Shown in pieces: positions 12,666 through 25,500 of a stretch of 64,000 bases of DNA. The stretch's first letter is position 1, and every line of letters begins with the position of its first letter. Position numbers and translations under genes: made by a program. The notes under the pieces were generated by a model. It did not search any database. It was given only the letters and a program-made list of their open reading frames with translations, and was not told where the DNA came from. Origin of the DNA: Chiloscyllium plagiosum (taxonomy: Eukaryota); assembly GCF_004010195.1 (NCBI RefSeq), contig NC_057756.1, positions 1,278,672 to 1,342,671 on the forward strand. The letters are read 5' to 3'.

Positions 12666-13707
12666 TGGTTGGTTTGCCAATAAACAGTTCTTCGGAGATT
12701 ATTTATCTCCAGTTTAATCTCCGTATAACCAATTGAACAGTCTGAATTCATTTGCTTCTCTCAGAAATCTCTGTCACTTAAGTGAAAATGGCCACTTAAA
12801 TCCCCTACTTTTAATATGGATACTTTGAGGAAAGGGGGCCTTAATGCTCTTTCAGATATTTACAATGTTACAAACATAACACAAAAGCTGCAACAGTAAA
12901 ACGGAACTTATGTAAACCGATATTGCTAAATTACTCTTCATCATGTAACTTTCTCTGTGCAATGCACGTTTTTAACTGTTAATATTTTAATTCATTGCCG
13001 ACATGTGAGCTTTGCAAACTGAGTCAATATTGCTCACCCTCATTGCTCCGGGGGTGGAAGCATTTCTGGCAATGCCAGAGTTTCTTCTTAGCTAATGTCC
13101 TTACTGTGATCTGGAGTGCATCCGTAAAGGATAATTGAGGGAAGGGGTCATTACTACTAAAGCCGAATTAGTATTTTTCCTTGGACTGTTGCAAACTGAC
13201 AAGCAATGGAAGGGACATAGATTTATTGGAAGAGGAACAACATTGAGACGAGATGTGAAAAAAAAAAACTTTTTTATGCAGAAGGTGCTGGGAATCTAGA
13301 TATCACTTCCTTGAAGGAGAGGCAGAAACCTGCCTAACATTTAGGAAGTATGTGCATGTGCAATTGTGCTGTCAAGACAGGGAAGGCATTTGCCAATGAA
13401 AGAAGGTGGTTGTATTTGATGGTGCAGATGCGATGGGCTGAAAAACATTTTCTCAGTGATGTTGACCTCTATGGTTTTATAGAAATTTTGCTGTTCTATG
13501 CATTTCAAACATAAATATCTGCCACTTCATCTCAACTGACAATTCTTCATTGCCAGCACTTTCTCCCCTGTTGCACTTTTATGGCTTCATTATTTCCCTT
13601 CATTGGCTTATATTAATGCTTGACACCGTCCTCTCCACACCTCATTAAGCTCAAATCAAAATTGCTTCACCAAGAGGCGCCTGTAACTTTGTTTGTTTAG
13701 TTATTAT

Positions 13708-14760
13708 GTTAGAACAAAGAACAATACAACGTAGGAATACGCCTTTCGGCCTTCCAAACCTGCGGCGTTATATTTTGCCCTTCCATGTTAAAACTACCTT
13801 CACTTACAGGATTTGCATTCCTCTATTCCCGTCGTATTCATGCATTATCCAGGTGCTTCATAAATGCTGCTGGTGTCTCTGCTTCCAACACCTCCTCTGG
13901 CAGCGTATTCCCAACACTCAACGCCTTTTGTGTGAAAACAAATGCCTCAGACATGTATTTTGAACATTCTGAAACCCACCCCCACACCTTGAACTTGTAT
14001 GCCCTAGTAGTTGACTCATCCACCCTGTGAAAAAAAACTCATACTTTCCACTCTATCCATGCCATTCACAATCTTACAAGCTTCTATCAGGTTGCCCCAT
14101 AACCTGTGTAATCCAACGTTTCTTCATAACTAATGTCCCTCATAACTAGGCAACATCCTGGTAAACCTCTTCTGTACCCTCTCACAAGCATCCTCATCCT
14201 TCTGGAAGTGTGGTGCCAAGAACTGTATGCAATATTCCAAGTGTGGTCTAATTAAAGTTCTATAAATCTGCAGCATAACCTGTCGATACTTATACTCAGT
14301 GCACCTTCCAGTGAGGACAAGGATGCCATAGGCCGTTTTTTCTGCCTTATCTATCTGCACTGCCACCTTCAGTGATCATGTCTGGATCTCTCTGCATATC
14401 AATACACATAAGGGTTCTGCTATTCCGTGTTTTATTTCCAACTGTACTTGATCTTCCAAAATGCATCACCTCACATTTGTCTGGATTGAACTTCATCTGC
14501 CGGTCATTTGCCCATGCCTTCAATATCCTGCTGTAACTTCTGACAATCCTCCTCACTATCCACACGTTTGCATTGATATAAGTATACAAGCAAGGCAACT
14601 TACTAATTATACCAGCCACGTTTTCCTCCAAATCATCATATAGTTCATGAACAGCAGAAGTACCAGCACTGATCCTTGTGGGAAACCACTAGTTACAGCC
14701 TTCAATTTCGAAAAGCGTCCTTCTACCGCTACTCTCTCTGTCCTATGACTAAGCCAGTGT
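13708..14760 (-). mobile_element. CR1 LINE 3' portion (RT C-terminal region)
   Basis: ORFs 14130..14366 (YRTLIRPHLEYCIQFLAPHF...RVQKRFTRMLP) and 14347..14631 (QMKFNPDKCEVMHFGR). Confidence 0.9.
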
Positions 14761-16809
14761 TCTTTGATTTAGCTATTCTTCTGAAATTTCATCCCTTGTC
14801 CTCAGTTTTTAGATTAAAATTGTACTTCCTGAATTATGGTGTTCGCTAAAAAGAGCAATCACAAGACAATAGGCCTGTAAACCTTCCCACCTTTTCAGTT
14901 ACATCTCTCCTCAGTACTGTGGTGTCCACAATCGAGAACCTGCTTCGCATTCATCTGTCTCTGAGCAATGTAGCTTTCTATTTCGCATCTTATTTACACT
15001 TTGTTAGCTTGCTCGTGTCTCTGGTAATAATTGAAAGATGAGGTTTTATAATTTAGTCTATGTCGTCAAATTTAATACACTAGTGACTGATCGAACACTT
15101 CAATTCCATTCAACCAAACATCCCCCCTCATACCATTTAAAATCATATGTTAGTTGATCTCCACTATAAACACAAACAAAGGCAAAGATATCCCGGACCT
15201 CTGGGTAGAGAATTCCAAAGATTCACCACTCTTTAATTAAAACAAAACGTCATTACTGTAGTGATTTATTCCATACCACACGTTCTTTACGCAGGTAGCC
15301 TTCCAATGAAAACAAAATCGTCCCTGAAATCTCCCCAAGCAAAGTACACCTTTCCTGACGTTTATGCCCAGAATGAAACATGACATCAATCGATCTCTAC
15401 AAAACTTAAGAAAATGTATTGTGTTGTTTTGTACTCCACGTGTCAGGGTGCAATCATAAAACATGTGTAACAAAATACAACATGTTAAGATGCTTCAGAG
15501 TTTTGTTACGATGTAAATATTGGTCAGTAAAACTGTCATTCATGCAGCAATATTGCACCTTATTACTATAAGCTTAGTCAAAAGCTCTGCAGTGGTGAGT
15601 GTTTTAGGATTAAGTAGAGGTCGAAATACGACTTTAAAATGTTGAGAGTCTTGGGTCCAAGTATATGTGAACATTCTGTCATGAGATGTGACTGTCTCTG
15701 GCAAGTTTTACTATTCGTTCTAAAGCCCCTAAATAAAGAGGCCATTTCAGGGAGTGATTAAGAAATAACCATCTTGTGTGGGTTTGGAGACCTTACCAGG
15801 TAAGAATGGCACATTTACTTCCTTTAAGGACGTTCATGAACGAGTAGATCTTTTACCCTCACGAATAATAGTTTAATAGTCACCTTTACTGAGAATAGCT
15901 TTCACGTTCAGATTTTTCAATGAAGCTTAAATGCCAGAATCAGTTTTTTTTAAAGCCAAGTTTCCAAAGAATTCGTCTAGGCTACTGGATTACAAGGCCA
16001 GTAATAAAGTTATACTAAGACATACACATCAAAGATGGAACAATTCAAATGAGGTTTAATAACAGGCTGTAATTAAATGGATCAGATATCTTGGAGACTT
16101 TTTAGATACACGGAGATCACAGAAGTAGAGAGGCACTTGGGGAAAAGAAAAAGTTGAATGATTGCACAATCAGCGCCTCCCTTAGATGGGCGAATGTTGG
16201 TCATGAAGATGCGAAAATAAAAAAGGAAAGTGTGGTCAACAGTGTTTTCAACTGGGATGAAGCACATGCCATTCGGTGCAAAAGTGGAGAACAATGTCCA
16301 TCAACACACGCAAGAAGAGACAGACACACTCAGTGAAATCAGACTACATTGTTTATTTCAATCTGAGCGGTTACAGACAATTTTAGCACATCCATTTCGC
16401 ACTTTGCTCTGTTGAGTGGAAATCCCTGCACTGAATTGAAATCACAGGTTGATATTACACCAGCGTAAATCCTATCAGAGCATGGAGAATAACTATGACT
16501 GATTCTGGAAATGAGCCCAAGCACACAAAAAGAGAAAATACACGAAGAAAAATAAATACCGATCGAGATGATGAAACACAGGATCGAAAAAAATAATTAG
16601 CATCCCCATATCTTTATCTATTTCTCTGTCTGCCTGTGGGAATTTCATTCCATCTACTAATTCATCCATCTATCTGTCTTGTTCTCTCTGCATTGATGTA
16701 AGTATATAAGCAAGGCACGGCAGGGCAAGGGAGAACGTGCGCGTCTACAAAGTCACACTGAGCTGAAAAGCGAAGGTGGTATTTGAAGTGAGGGAAGAAA
16801 GGAAGAGAG

Positions 16810-17610
16810 ACAAAAGTATTGGCGAATAGAGTACAATGTAGGGAAATGTGAGCTTACAGGAAGAACAGAGGACCTAAGCATAACTAAAAAGGATAAAATA
16901 AAACCACGTTAAGGTTGTGGGTACCCGTGCTAAAATTTAAATATACGAGTATACTATTTCAGAAGGGCAAAGGGAAAACTATCAATATCAGAATTTACTT
17001 AAAGAAAATGTGCATGAAAATAGGGGAAGTCTTACTACATCTATAAAAGGCATCAATACGTTCACAGTTAGAGTATTACGAATAGTTTTGATCCCTTCAC
17101 CTAAAGAAAGATAAATTGCCATTGGAGCCAGTTCACTCAGTTGATCCTGGGCATATAGAGGTTTTCTTATGAGGGGACATTTGAAAGATTTGACCTGTAC
17201 TCATTGCATTTTAGACGAATGCAGGTAACCTTACTGCAACATGTAAGTGTCTTAAGAGCATTGACAAGTTAGACTCCGACACAATGTTTTCCATTTTGGG
17301 TGGTTCCAGGACCACACAGCATAATCTCAGAATAAGGAGTCGCCTGGTTAGGTTACAGAAGAGGAGTCCAGTTGTCTGTCAATGGTGAATAAATCCGTCG
17401 AATTAATTACAACAGAACATTGTGATGCCTGTGTCCTTATTATATTCAAGACTGAAATAGACTTTTTTTTAAAACCAGTAAGGGAATCTAGAGGTATTGG
17501 GAAAGCATGTTGAAGATTATCAGATCAGTCAGAAAACTAAGCAGACGAGCATAATGGAATGGTCTACTTCTGCTCCTCCCTCTTACAGTTGTATGGGCTT
17601 AGAGTCTTAT
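16810..17610 (+). mobile_element. Old CR1 3' remnant
   Basis: Decayed motifs agagtacaatgtagggaaatgtgag and ttagagtattacgaatagttttgatccc; ends ctacttctgctcctccctcttac. Confidence 0.65.
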
Positions 17611-17769
17611 GCTTAACGGCGAGAGACCTAGAGAATTTGATACCAGAGAATAGCAGTTTGACGGGGAGGATGAAGTGAAATCTGAGTGACTGAGCGAGAG
17701 GCAGATACAGAAAGAGTTTTAGAGAGACCTAAACGTATCAGGGCAATTAGCAGTGACAGGTTTGCAAAG

Positions 17770-17930
17770 CTGAAAATGTGTTGCTGGAAAAGCGCAGCAG
17801 GTCAGGCAGCATCCAAGGAGCAGGAGAATCGACTTTTCGGGCTCCTTGGATGCAGTCTGACCTGCTGCGCTTTTCCAGTAACACATTTTCAGCTCTGATC
17901 TCCAGCACCTGCAGCCCTCACTTTCTCCTA
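17770..17930. mobile_element. Penelope-like pLTR inverted pair (hairpin) in the 3' UTR of the B30.2 gene
   Basis: Arms at about 17768-17820 and 17841-17893 are reverse complements. 14-bp TSD acaggtttgcaaag at 17756-17769 and 17931-17944. Confidence 0.9.
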
Positions 17931-17951
17931 ACAGGTTTGCAAAGACCAATT

Positions 17952-18475
17952 CTACAGAATGATCAAGGTAGCTTGCTGAAAAGAGCCGACCCAGAGCCTA
18001 AAGATAGGAAAGATCCGCCCAGTGAGGATGGTTTTAAAAGTGTACAGGTGGGAGGAATCCTCTGGGTTGTAGAAGGATACGCGCCCTTCTTCGTAGTTTA
18101 GATAGATGCCCACTTTGCTCAGCTGGACAACGACGATGAGGTTACCAAGAGTACGCACTTGTTGGCCTCCAGGCTTGAAATTCCACAGCATTACAGTCCA
18201 GAAGCCTTCCTGCGGCGAGGGTCTCTTCCACTGGCCTAGAGACACGTGTTGTCTAGCCAGGCCCACACTCCACACCGTGTTGGGGCTCACAGACACGAGC
18301 CAGTACTTACGCCCGCTGGTGTATCCTTCCTTTCCCCATACAGACCATGTATCCGAGTGTTTCTTCCAGAGGTGCGGACCACCTTGCCCAGCAGCGCGAT
18401 CCCAGCGGATGCTGGACCTATCCTTGGACAAGCTGAAGCGGGGATCAGCCGTGTATTCGTCCAGCAAGACGTCCA
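17952..18475 (-). CDS. Terminal exon encoding a B30.2/PRY-SPRY domain (butyrophilin-like or TRIM-type gene)
   Basis: Translation VDVLLDEYTADPRFSLSKD...GKEGYTSGRKYWLV...WSVGLA...GFWTV...KVGIYLNYEEGRVSFYN...HLYTF...IFPIF matches B30.2 motifs. Strong acceptor tttgttttgtctctgcAG ends at 18476, phase 1; TAG stop at 17954-17952. Confidence 0.95.
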
Positions 18476-18604
18476 CTGCAGAGACAAAACAAAGGCGGAG
18501 ACGCCAGGATGAGTGTCCATGCTGCTGAAAGCCTTTCAGAATCTATTGAACAAAATTTTGCACGAGCCAAATCGCTTCGATGAACTCGTTGCCCATAAGA
18601 ATGG

Positions 18605-18926
18605 AGTTGAAAAATGTGGTGCTGGAAAAACACAGCAGGCCAGGCAACATCCGAGGAGCAGGAGAATCGATGTTTAGGGCATACACCCTTCTTCAGGAAT
18701 TTGGCTGGTGTGCCAAGCGGTCTGAGGTAAAAGGTAGGGGGGAGGGAATTTCCCCTACCTTTTATCTCAGCCCGTTTGGCACACCAGCCTCATTCCTGAA
18801 GAAGGGCTTATGCCCGAAATGTCGATTCTCCTGCTCCTCGGATGTTGCCTGGCTTGCTGTGTTTTTCCAGCACCACATTTTTCAACTCTGGCACATTCAA
18901 TCATCTGCAGTCCTCACTTTCTCCAA
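18605..18926. mobile_element. Penelope-like pLTR palindrome in the last intron
   Basis: About 18604-18740 and 18752-18888 are inverted copies. 14-bp TSD gcccataagaatgg at 18591-18604 and 18927-18940. Plus-strand hammerhead motif at 18792-18827. Confidence 0.9.
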
Positions 18927-19725
18927 GCCCATAAGAATGGTAAAGATAGAACCTCTTACTAAATTTAAGAATTAGTTCAGTGTATGGTTTTGATCTCAAG
19001 AATTATGCATCTATGGGCCAAGTGTGGGAAAACGGGATTAGCATAGTGAGGAGTTGTTTTTGCCCGGCGCAACCGGAATAGGGGGAAGGGCTTTTTATGT
19101 GCTGTGCATCTCTCCATTGCTCTAACATTTTACATCAACTCATTTTGTTTTATGTTTTCATTTCACCTTTTATGAATGCATGCTTCCCAATATCAAACAA
19201 AAGAGACCGAATTCTAATTCTACGTGTCAATAACCCTCAGTACGCTTGAATAACGACATCAAACTCATTCAATTATCAAAATTATTAGTTTATTAGAAAT
19301 GCACTCGTGTTCCCTACTCTTTTGGAAGCTTGTCAATTGCCTTGCTAAAAGTTCCGTTTATAATTTTAAACTTAGTTTGTCTCGTTTGGTATAAACTCAT
19401 TGGAGGAAACATTCTCTCTGTATATACTGTCCTGTGCGGTCTAATCCACTGAAATAGCTCATTCCTTTGTGGAAAACTAACTCCCTCAATTACGTCTTGG
19501 TTATTCGTGGAAAGGTGATGGCTTGTCCGTTTTTCATCCCCTGAATGATGTATGGTTTGTACTTCCATCGTTAGAGCGTTCTGATTGTGTTCTCAACATC
19601 ACATTGACTTCTGCCACCGATACCCTTTTCCAGCTGTCTGTCTGTCTGACTGCCTGTCTGCCTGTCTAACTATATGTCTACTCTACGTTTAAAATATTAA
19701 ATGACTTTAACTTCGCCACATTGAA

Positions 19726-20059
19726 CGGCACAGTGGCTCAGTGATTAGCAATGCTGCCTCACAGCGCCAACAACCCGAGTTTCATCCCAGCTTTGGGTGA
19801 CGGTGTAGAGCTTGCAGTTCTCCCAGTGTCAGCGTGGGTTTCCTCCTGGTGCTCCGGTTTCCTCCCTCGGTCCAAAAATGTGTAGGTTACGTGGATTGGC
19901 CATACTAAAATTTTCCATGGTGTTCAGGCATGTGTCCGATAGATGGGTTAGCCATGATGGATATGATAGGTGGCTGGTTCTGGATGGGATGTTCTTCGGA
20001 AGTCCTGCGCGGACTCGATGGACTGGATTATCTCTTTTCTGTAGGGAGTCTATGATTCC
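19726..20059 (+). mobile_element. tRNA-derived SINE (V-SINE/HE1-like)
   Basis: Head cggcacagtggctcagtgattagcaatgctgcctcacagcgcc, core gtgggtttcctcctggtgctccggtttcctccc, tail ctgtagggagtctatgatt. Confidence 0.85.
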
Positions 20060-20591
20060 CTGGGAATTCGAAATATTCATGGGCCAACTCCTGAGTCCTG
20101 TTCTACAATGACTAAACCTTGCTTTTAAATTGCGCCTAGATCTGGCATTAGAAAGAGGTAACAGGCTTTCTCCATACCTCTTATCAACTCGTCTCAGGAG
20201 GTGGTATCTTAATAATATCACTTCATTACTCTAAACTCAACTGAATACACACTCAGCGTGTCTAATCCTTTGTGTTCAGACAGCCAACTATCGCATCCTG
20301 TGATGTAGTGTTGTCTCTTTTGGATTTATCCTGTTCTTCAGGAGAAACAAAATTTCTAGGCTTTTTTTTGTAAAAACAAAGAACTGTTTTCATATTGTGA
20401 GCTTTTCTGCATCTGTTTTATTCTTGGGGAAATCTCTCCTGCGCCTCATCCAAGATCAATGTGTCTATCCCTTTGTGTGATGTACACAACTGGAGTTGAT
20501 GCATCAGTGCATCTTGATAAAAAGGAAAGAATATCACCAAGTTCAAAGACTTTTTTGACATCTTTGTCATATCCTGCCTCCTTTTTCTTAC

Positions 20592-20618
20592 CTTCTGAGG
20601 AAACAATCGTCTTCCATT
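20592..20618 (-). CDS. Micro-exon, 27 nt (EWKTIVSSE), immediately upstream of the B30.2 exon
   Basis: ctatttcccAG|aatggaagacgattgtttcctcagaag|GTaaga; phase 1-1. It joins in frame to give ...EWKTIVSSEVDVLLD, resembling the Trp-containing short exon that precedes B30.2 in butyrophilin and TRIM genes. Confidence 0.9.
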
Positions 20619-21434
20619 CTGGGAAATAGAATCGGAGTAGAATTATCTTTAGAAATGGTTATATTCTAGCTTTCACTCGGCGCGGCAAATGAAAGGAAAA
20701 ACAAAATCAAGTTCGAGACCATATATTGTTATTGGATTATTGAGTGAAATTACATTGAAATTTGAACATATCGCACTACTTGGGATGGAAATCCGTGGAG
20801 AAGGCAAAGCCTATAAGGTCAATTTACTTCTCTTTCTATCATCTCACGCAGCCACATATAAAGTGATCATAAAAGTTCTGACCCATTGTGAGATAGCCAT
20901 CTCTTTCTAATTAAGATGGAGACGGTTTTGCTGACACTGAGCGCACAAAATATTCAACAGCTCCTCACCAGGAAGGGACACGTTGAAATATGTAGACTCC
21001 TTGGAAGTGGGAGGCTTAGCAGCTAATTCACCCAGTACAAATTCCAATACAATAAAGTGAAATGTTTGCACAAGTCCCTTTGTGCGGAGGTACGCCTGGT
21101 CGCTGGTCTAGAGACTTGACCTCGTAAATATTTGACTCACAAGTCAAAATATGCTATCAATGAGTTTGCAACTAACAGCAATTGCATTTTAGAAAGCAAA
21201 GATTCTGAATTTGAAACCATAAGCTTTGGAACGTCTAACAATCTGTGAGCAGACTTTGGACAATTCAGTACCCATTAAAAACATTAAACCTGAATCAGAA
21301 AAGTATAATAAATTATGTCAATACGTTCGTACAATGTTGACCTCTTTATCCTAATATTCTCATGTTAAAATCCCGCGAGGTTTAACAGACTACATTTAGG
21401 AGACTCGAGCTCCCACCCAAATAATTTGCTATTC

Positions 21435-21997
21435 AAGCTAATGGCGGAGGAGCGACACTGCTTGCGAACTTCTGGGCCAGAGCACATCCACTTGCGCCTG
21501 CTTTCTTTGCTTGTTATTACTTTACTCTTTGCTTTGTAGACTGCCTTTTCGGGATCTTCGATAGTGCGAGAGTGGGCCAGCCCTCTCGAGCATGTGCGGC
21601 ACCAGCGGCAGGAGTCTGTTCCGGGGGAACAAGCACGGGGAGAGTGGTCGCCCCATAAGTGGCGACTTTGATATTTCAGTGGAGCCAGCGCAGAACTGGA
21701 GGCGGCGGCGGTACATGGCCTTTGCCTTGGCTGGCGCATGGCGGCAGGCCCAAATCCATATTCCTGGCAGGGCTCCTGGAGGCAGGAGTCCTGAAAGGAA
21801 TCTGATGCAGGAGCATTGGTGGGCACGGAGCCTGTTGTGGAGATTCACTGCCCCCACCCCACCCATGTCTCGTGCAGCGCAAGAGGGGAGGAAGAACTCT
21901 CTTTTTTGTTATATCTTATATGGTGTGGGAATGTGGTAACATAATACAATTTTCAATATTTATTTGTTAAATGGAAGTGGCAATGATTCATTCAACG
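21435..21997 (+). mobile_element. GC/CpG-rich insertion, possibly a non-autonomous retroelement
   Basis: Sharp GC rise in an AT-rich intron; starts near aagctaatggcggagg and ends in a tail-like caatgattcattcaa. The overlapping ORFs show no recognisable domain. Confidence 0.4.
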
Positions 21998-22426
21998 TAA
22001 TTGCTTGTATTGCACAGGAAGGGCGTGTCTGGAAATATTTGATGTGGGGAGATAAGGAAGTATGGATCCAAGGGGTACAATAGGTTGCGAGGAAGCGAAA
22101 AGATGGGGTAAAGAGCATCAAGTCTGTTTTGGAGTGTGTGTGCTTCCTTCTGTTGGAAGCTACCAGAATGCAGCTTCTACTACTAATCTCAATTGAGAGG
22201 CAATTTTATACTCTTCTGAGGCGATTGATTATGGTACACTTGTACATCAAAAGTCTGTGATCATAAAGGCACCCTCTAAGGTCGAGGAGCTTTTAATGAG
22301 ACTTTCGAACATCAAAATGGGAGTTGATTGAAGTGCCTCTGTGGAGGAAGGCAGGACAAGCAGCGAAATGGGGCATAGGATGGTGGCATTTGAAATTCTT
22401 TCAGGAGTTAGAGGTCTCGGTCTCAC

Positions 22427-22453
22427 CTTTTATTTTTATGTTTTCCTTGCAGT
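22427..22453 (-). CDS. Micro-exon, 27 nt (DCKENIKIK)
   Basis: ttgtgttctgcAG|actgcaaggaaaacataaaaataaaag|GTgaga; phase 1-1, open. Confidence 0.85.
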
Positions 22454-22569
22454 CTGCAGAACACAATGAGGAATGGAAAGACAAATTACACAAATGAGTT
22501 AACAGGGAAAATTTGTAACTGGCCAATGACGGTTCATTGTTAAAATAATTAATTTAGTAGGATCAAGAC

Positions 22570-25500
22570 AGAGTCATAGAGATGTACAGTACAGAAACAG
22601 ACCCTTTGGTCCAACCCGTCCATGCCGACCAGATATCCCAATCCAATCTAGTCTCACCTACAAGCACCCGAACCATGTCCATCCAAACCCTTCCTATTCA
22701 TATACCTATCCAGATGCCTTTTAAATGTTGCAATTGTACGAGCATCCACCTCTGCCTCTGCCAGTTCATTCCATACACGTACTAGCCTCTGTGTGAAAAA
22801 GTTGCCCCTTAGGTCTCTTTTATATCTTTCCCCTCTTCCCTTAAACCTATACCTTCTAGTTCTGAATTCCCCCACCCCAGGGAAAAAAAAACTTTGCCTA
22901 TTTATCCTATACATGCCCCTCATGATTTTATAAACTTCCATGACGTGACCGGTCAACCTCCGGCGCTCCAGGGAAAACAGACCCAGCCTATTCAACCTCC
23001 CCCCATAGTTCAAATCCTCCAACACTGGCAACATCCTTGAACATGTTTTCTGAACCCTTTAAAGTTTCACAACGTCCTTCTGATATGAAGGAGACCAGAA
23101 TTACATGCAACATTTCAGAAGTGGCCGAACCAATTTCCTGTACAGTTGCAACGGGACCTTTCAACTCCCCTGTCAATATTCTGACCAATAAAGGAATGCA
23201 TACCGAACTCCTGCTTCACTATCCTATCTACCCGCAATTCCACTTTCAAGGAGCTATGAACCAGCACTCCAAGGTCTCTTTGTTCAGCCACACTCCCTCG
23301 GACCTTACCATTAAGTGTATAAGTCCTGCTAAGATTTGCTTTCCAAAAATGAAGCATCGCACATTTATCTAAATTAAAATCCACCTGCCACTTCTCAGCA
23401 CATTGGCCCATCTGGTCAAGATCCCATTGTAATCTGAGGTAACCTTCTTCACTGCCCATAACCGCTCCAATTTTGTTGTCATCTGCAAACTTACTAACTG
23501 CAATTCGTATGCTCGCATCTAAATCATTTATATAATTGATGAAAAACAGTGGACCCAGCACTGATCGTTGTTGCACTCCACTGGTCACAGACCTCCAGTC
23601 TGAAAGACAACCCTCCACTACCACCCTCTCTCTTCTACCTTTGAGCCAGTTCTGTATCCAAATGGCCAGTTCTCCCTGTATTCCACGAGTTCTAACCTTC
23701 CTTACCCGTCTCCCATGAGGAACCTTGCTGAACGCCTAACTGAAGTTCAAATAGATCACGTCCATAACTCTGTTCTCATCAATCCTCTTTGTTACATTTT
23801 CGAAAAAAAAACCCAATCAAGATTGTGAGACATGATTTTCCACGCACAAAGCTATATTGACTATCCCTAATCAGTCCTTGCCTTTCCAAATACATGTACA
23901 TCCTTCCCCTCAGAATTCCCTTCAACAACTTGTCCACCACCGATGTCAGGCTCACTGGCCTATAGTACCCTGGCTTGTCCTTGTCACCCTTCTTAAACCG
24001 TGGCACCACGTTAGCCAACCTCCAGTTTTCCGGCACCTCACCTGTGAATATTAATAATATCTCCACAAGGGGCCCAGCGATCACTTCCCTTGCTTTAGTT
24101 CTCGGGTACACCTGATCAGGTCCTCGGGATTTGTCCACTTTTATGCGTTTCAAGACATACAGCACTTCCTCCTCTGTAATATGGATATTTTTCAAGATGT
24201 CATCATCTATTTCTCTACATTCTATATCTTTCATGTCCTTTTCCACAGTAAACACTGATGCAAAATACTCATTTAGTATCTCCCCTATCTCCTGCAGTTC
24301 CGCACAAAGGCCATCATGCTGATCATTAAAGGGCCCTATTCTCTCCCGTGGTAACATTTTGTCCTTGATGTATTTGTCAAAACCCTTTGGATTCTCCTTA
24401 ACTCTACTTTCCAAAGATGTCTCATGCCCCGTTTTTGCCCTTCCGATTTCCCTCTTAAATATACTCCTTCTGCCTTTATACACTCCTAAGGATTCATTCG
24501 ATCTGTCTTGTCTATACCCGACTTATGCTTTCTTCTTTTTCTCAACCAAACCCTCATTTTATTTTAGTCATCCAGCATTCCCTACACCTACCAGCGTTTC
24601 CTTTCTCCCTAACAGGATTATACTGTCTCTAGACTCTCGTTATCTCATTTCTGAAGGTTTCCCATTTCCAACCAATCCTGTACCTGTGAACATCTGCCCT
24701 AACCAGCTTTTGAATGTTCTTGTCTAATACCGTGAAAATTAGCCTTCCTCCAATTTAGAACTTCAACTTTTAGATCTGCTCTATCCCTTTCCATCATTAT
24801 TTTAAAACTAATAGAATTATAGTCGCTGGTCCCAAAGTGCTCCCCCACTGACACCTCAGTCACCTGTCCTGCTTTATTTCCAAACAGTAGGGTCAAGGTT
24901 TGCACCTTCTCTAGTAGGTACATCCAAATATTGAATCAGAAAGTTTTCTTGTACACACTTAACAAATTCCTCTCCATCTAAACCCTTAACACTATGGCAG
25001 TCCCAGTCTATGTTTAGAAAGTTAAAAACACCTACCATAACCACCTTATTATTCTGACAGATGCCTGAAATCTTCTTGCAAATACGTTTCTCAATTTACA
25101 CTGTCTGTTAGTGGGTCTATAATACAATCCCAATAAAGTGATCATGCCTTTCTTGTTTCTCACTTCAACCCAAGTAATTTCCCTGGATGTATTTCTGGGA
25201 ATATCCTTCCTCAGTACAGCTGTAATGCTGTCAATAAAGCCAACCATCCCTCCTCTCTTGCCTCCCTTTCTGTCCTTCCTGTATCATTTGTATCCTGGAA
25301 CATTAAGCTGCCAGTCCTGTCCATTCCTGAGCCATGTTTCTGTAACTGCTATGATATCCCAGTCCCATGTTCCTAACCATGCGCTGCATTCACCTGCTTT
25401 CCCTGTTAGGCGTCTTGCACTGAAATAAATGCAGTTTAATTTATCAGTCCTGTTTTGTTCTCTGCGTTCTCTCTGCCTGCCCTGCATGTTTGACTCGATT

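Larger units (their letters stand above)
11879..12782 (+). repeat. 117-bp direct duplication (11879-11995 and 12666-12782)
   Basis: Both copies read tggttggtttgccaataaacag...cacttaag; I count 6 mismatches in 117 bp. Confidence 0.95.

Noticed and set aside
16352..16357. Minus-strand AATAAA as the poly(A) signal of the B30.2 gene
   Set aside because: It lies 1.6 kb past the stop in AT-rich sequence, and the hexamer alone is not sufficient without 3'-end data.
18474..18476. GTG start codon for a stand-alone 174-aa SPRY protein
   Set aside because: The G is the last base of a strong splice acceptor (ctctgcAG), and the frame continues from upstream exons.
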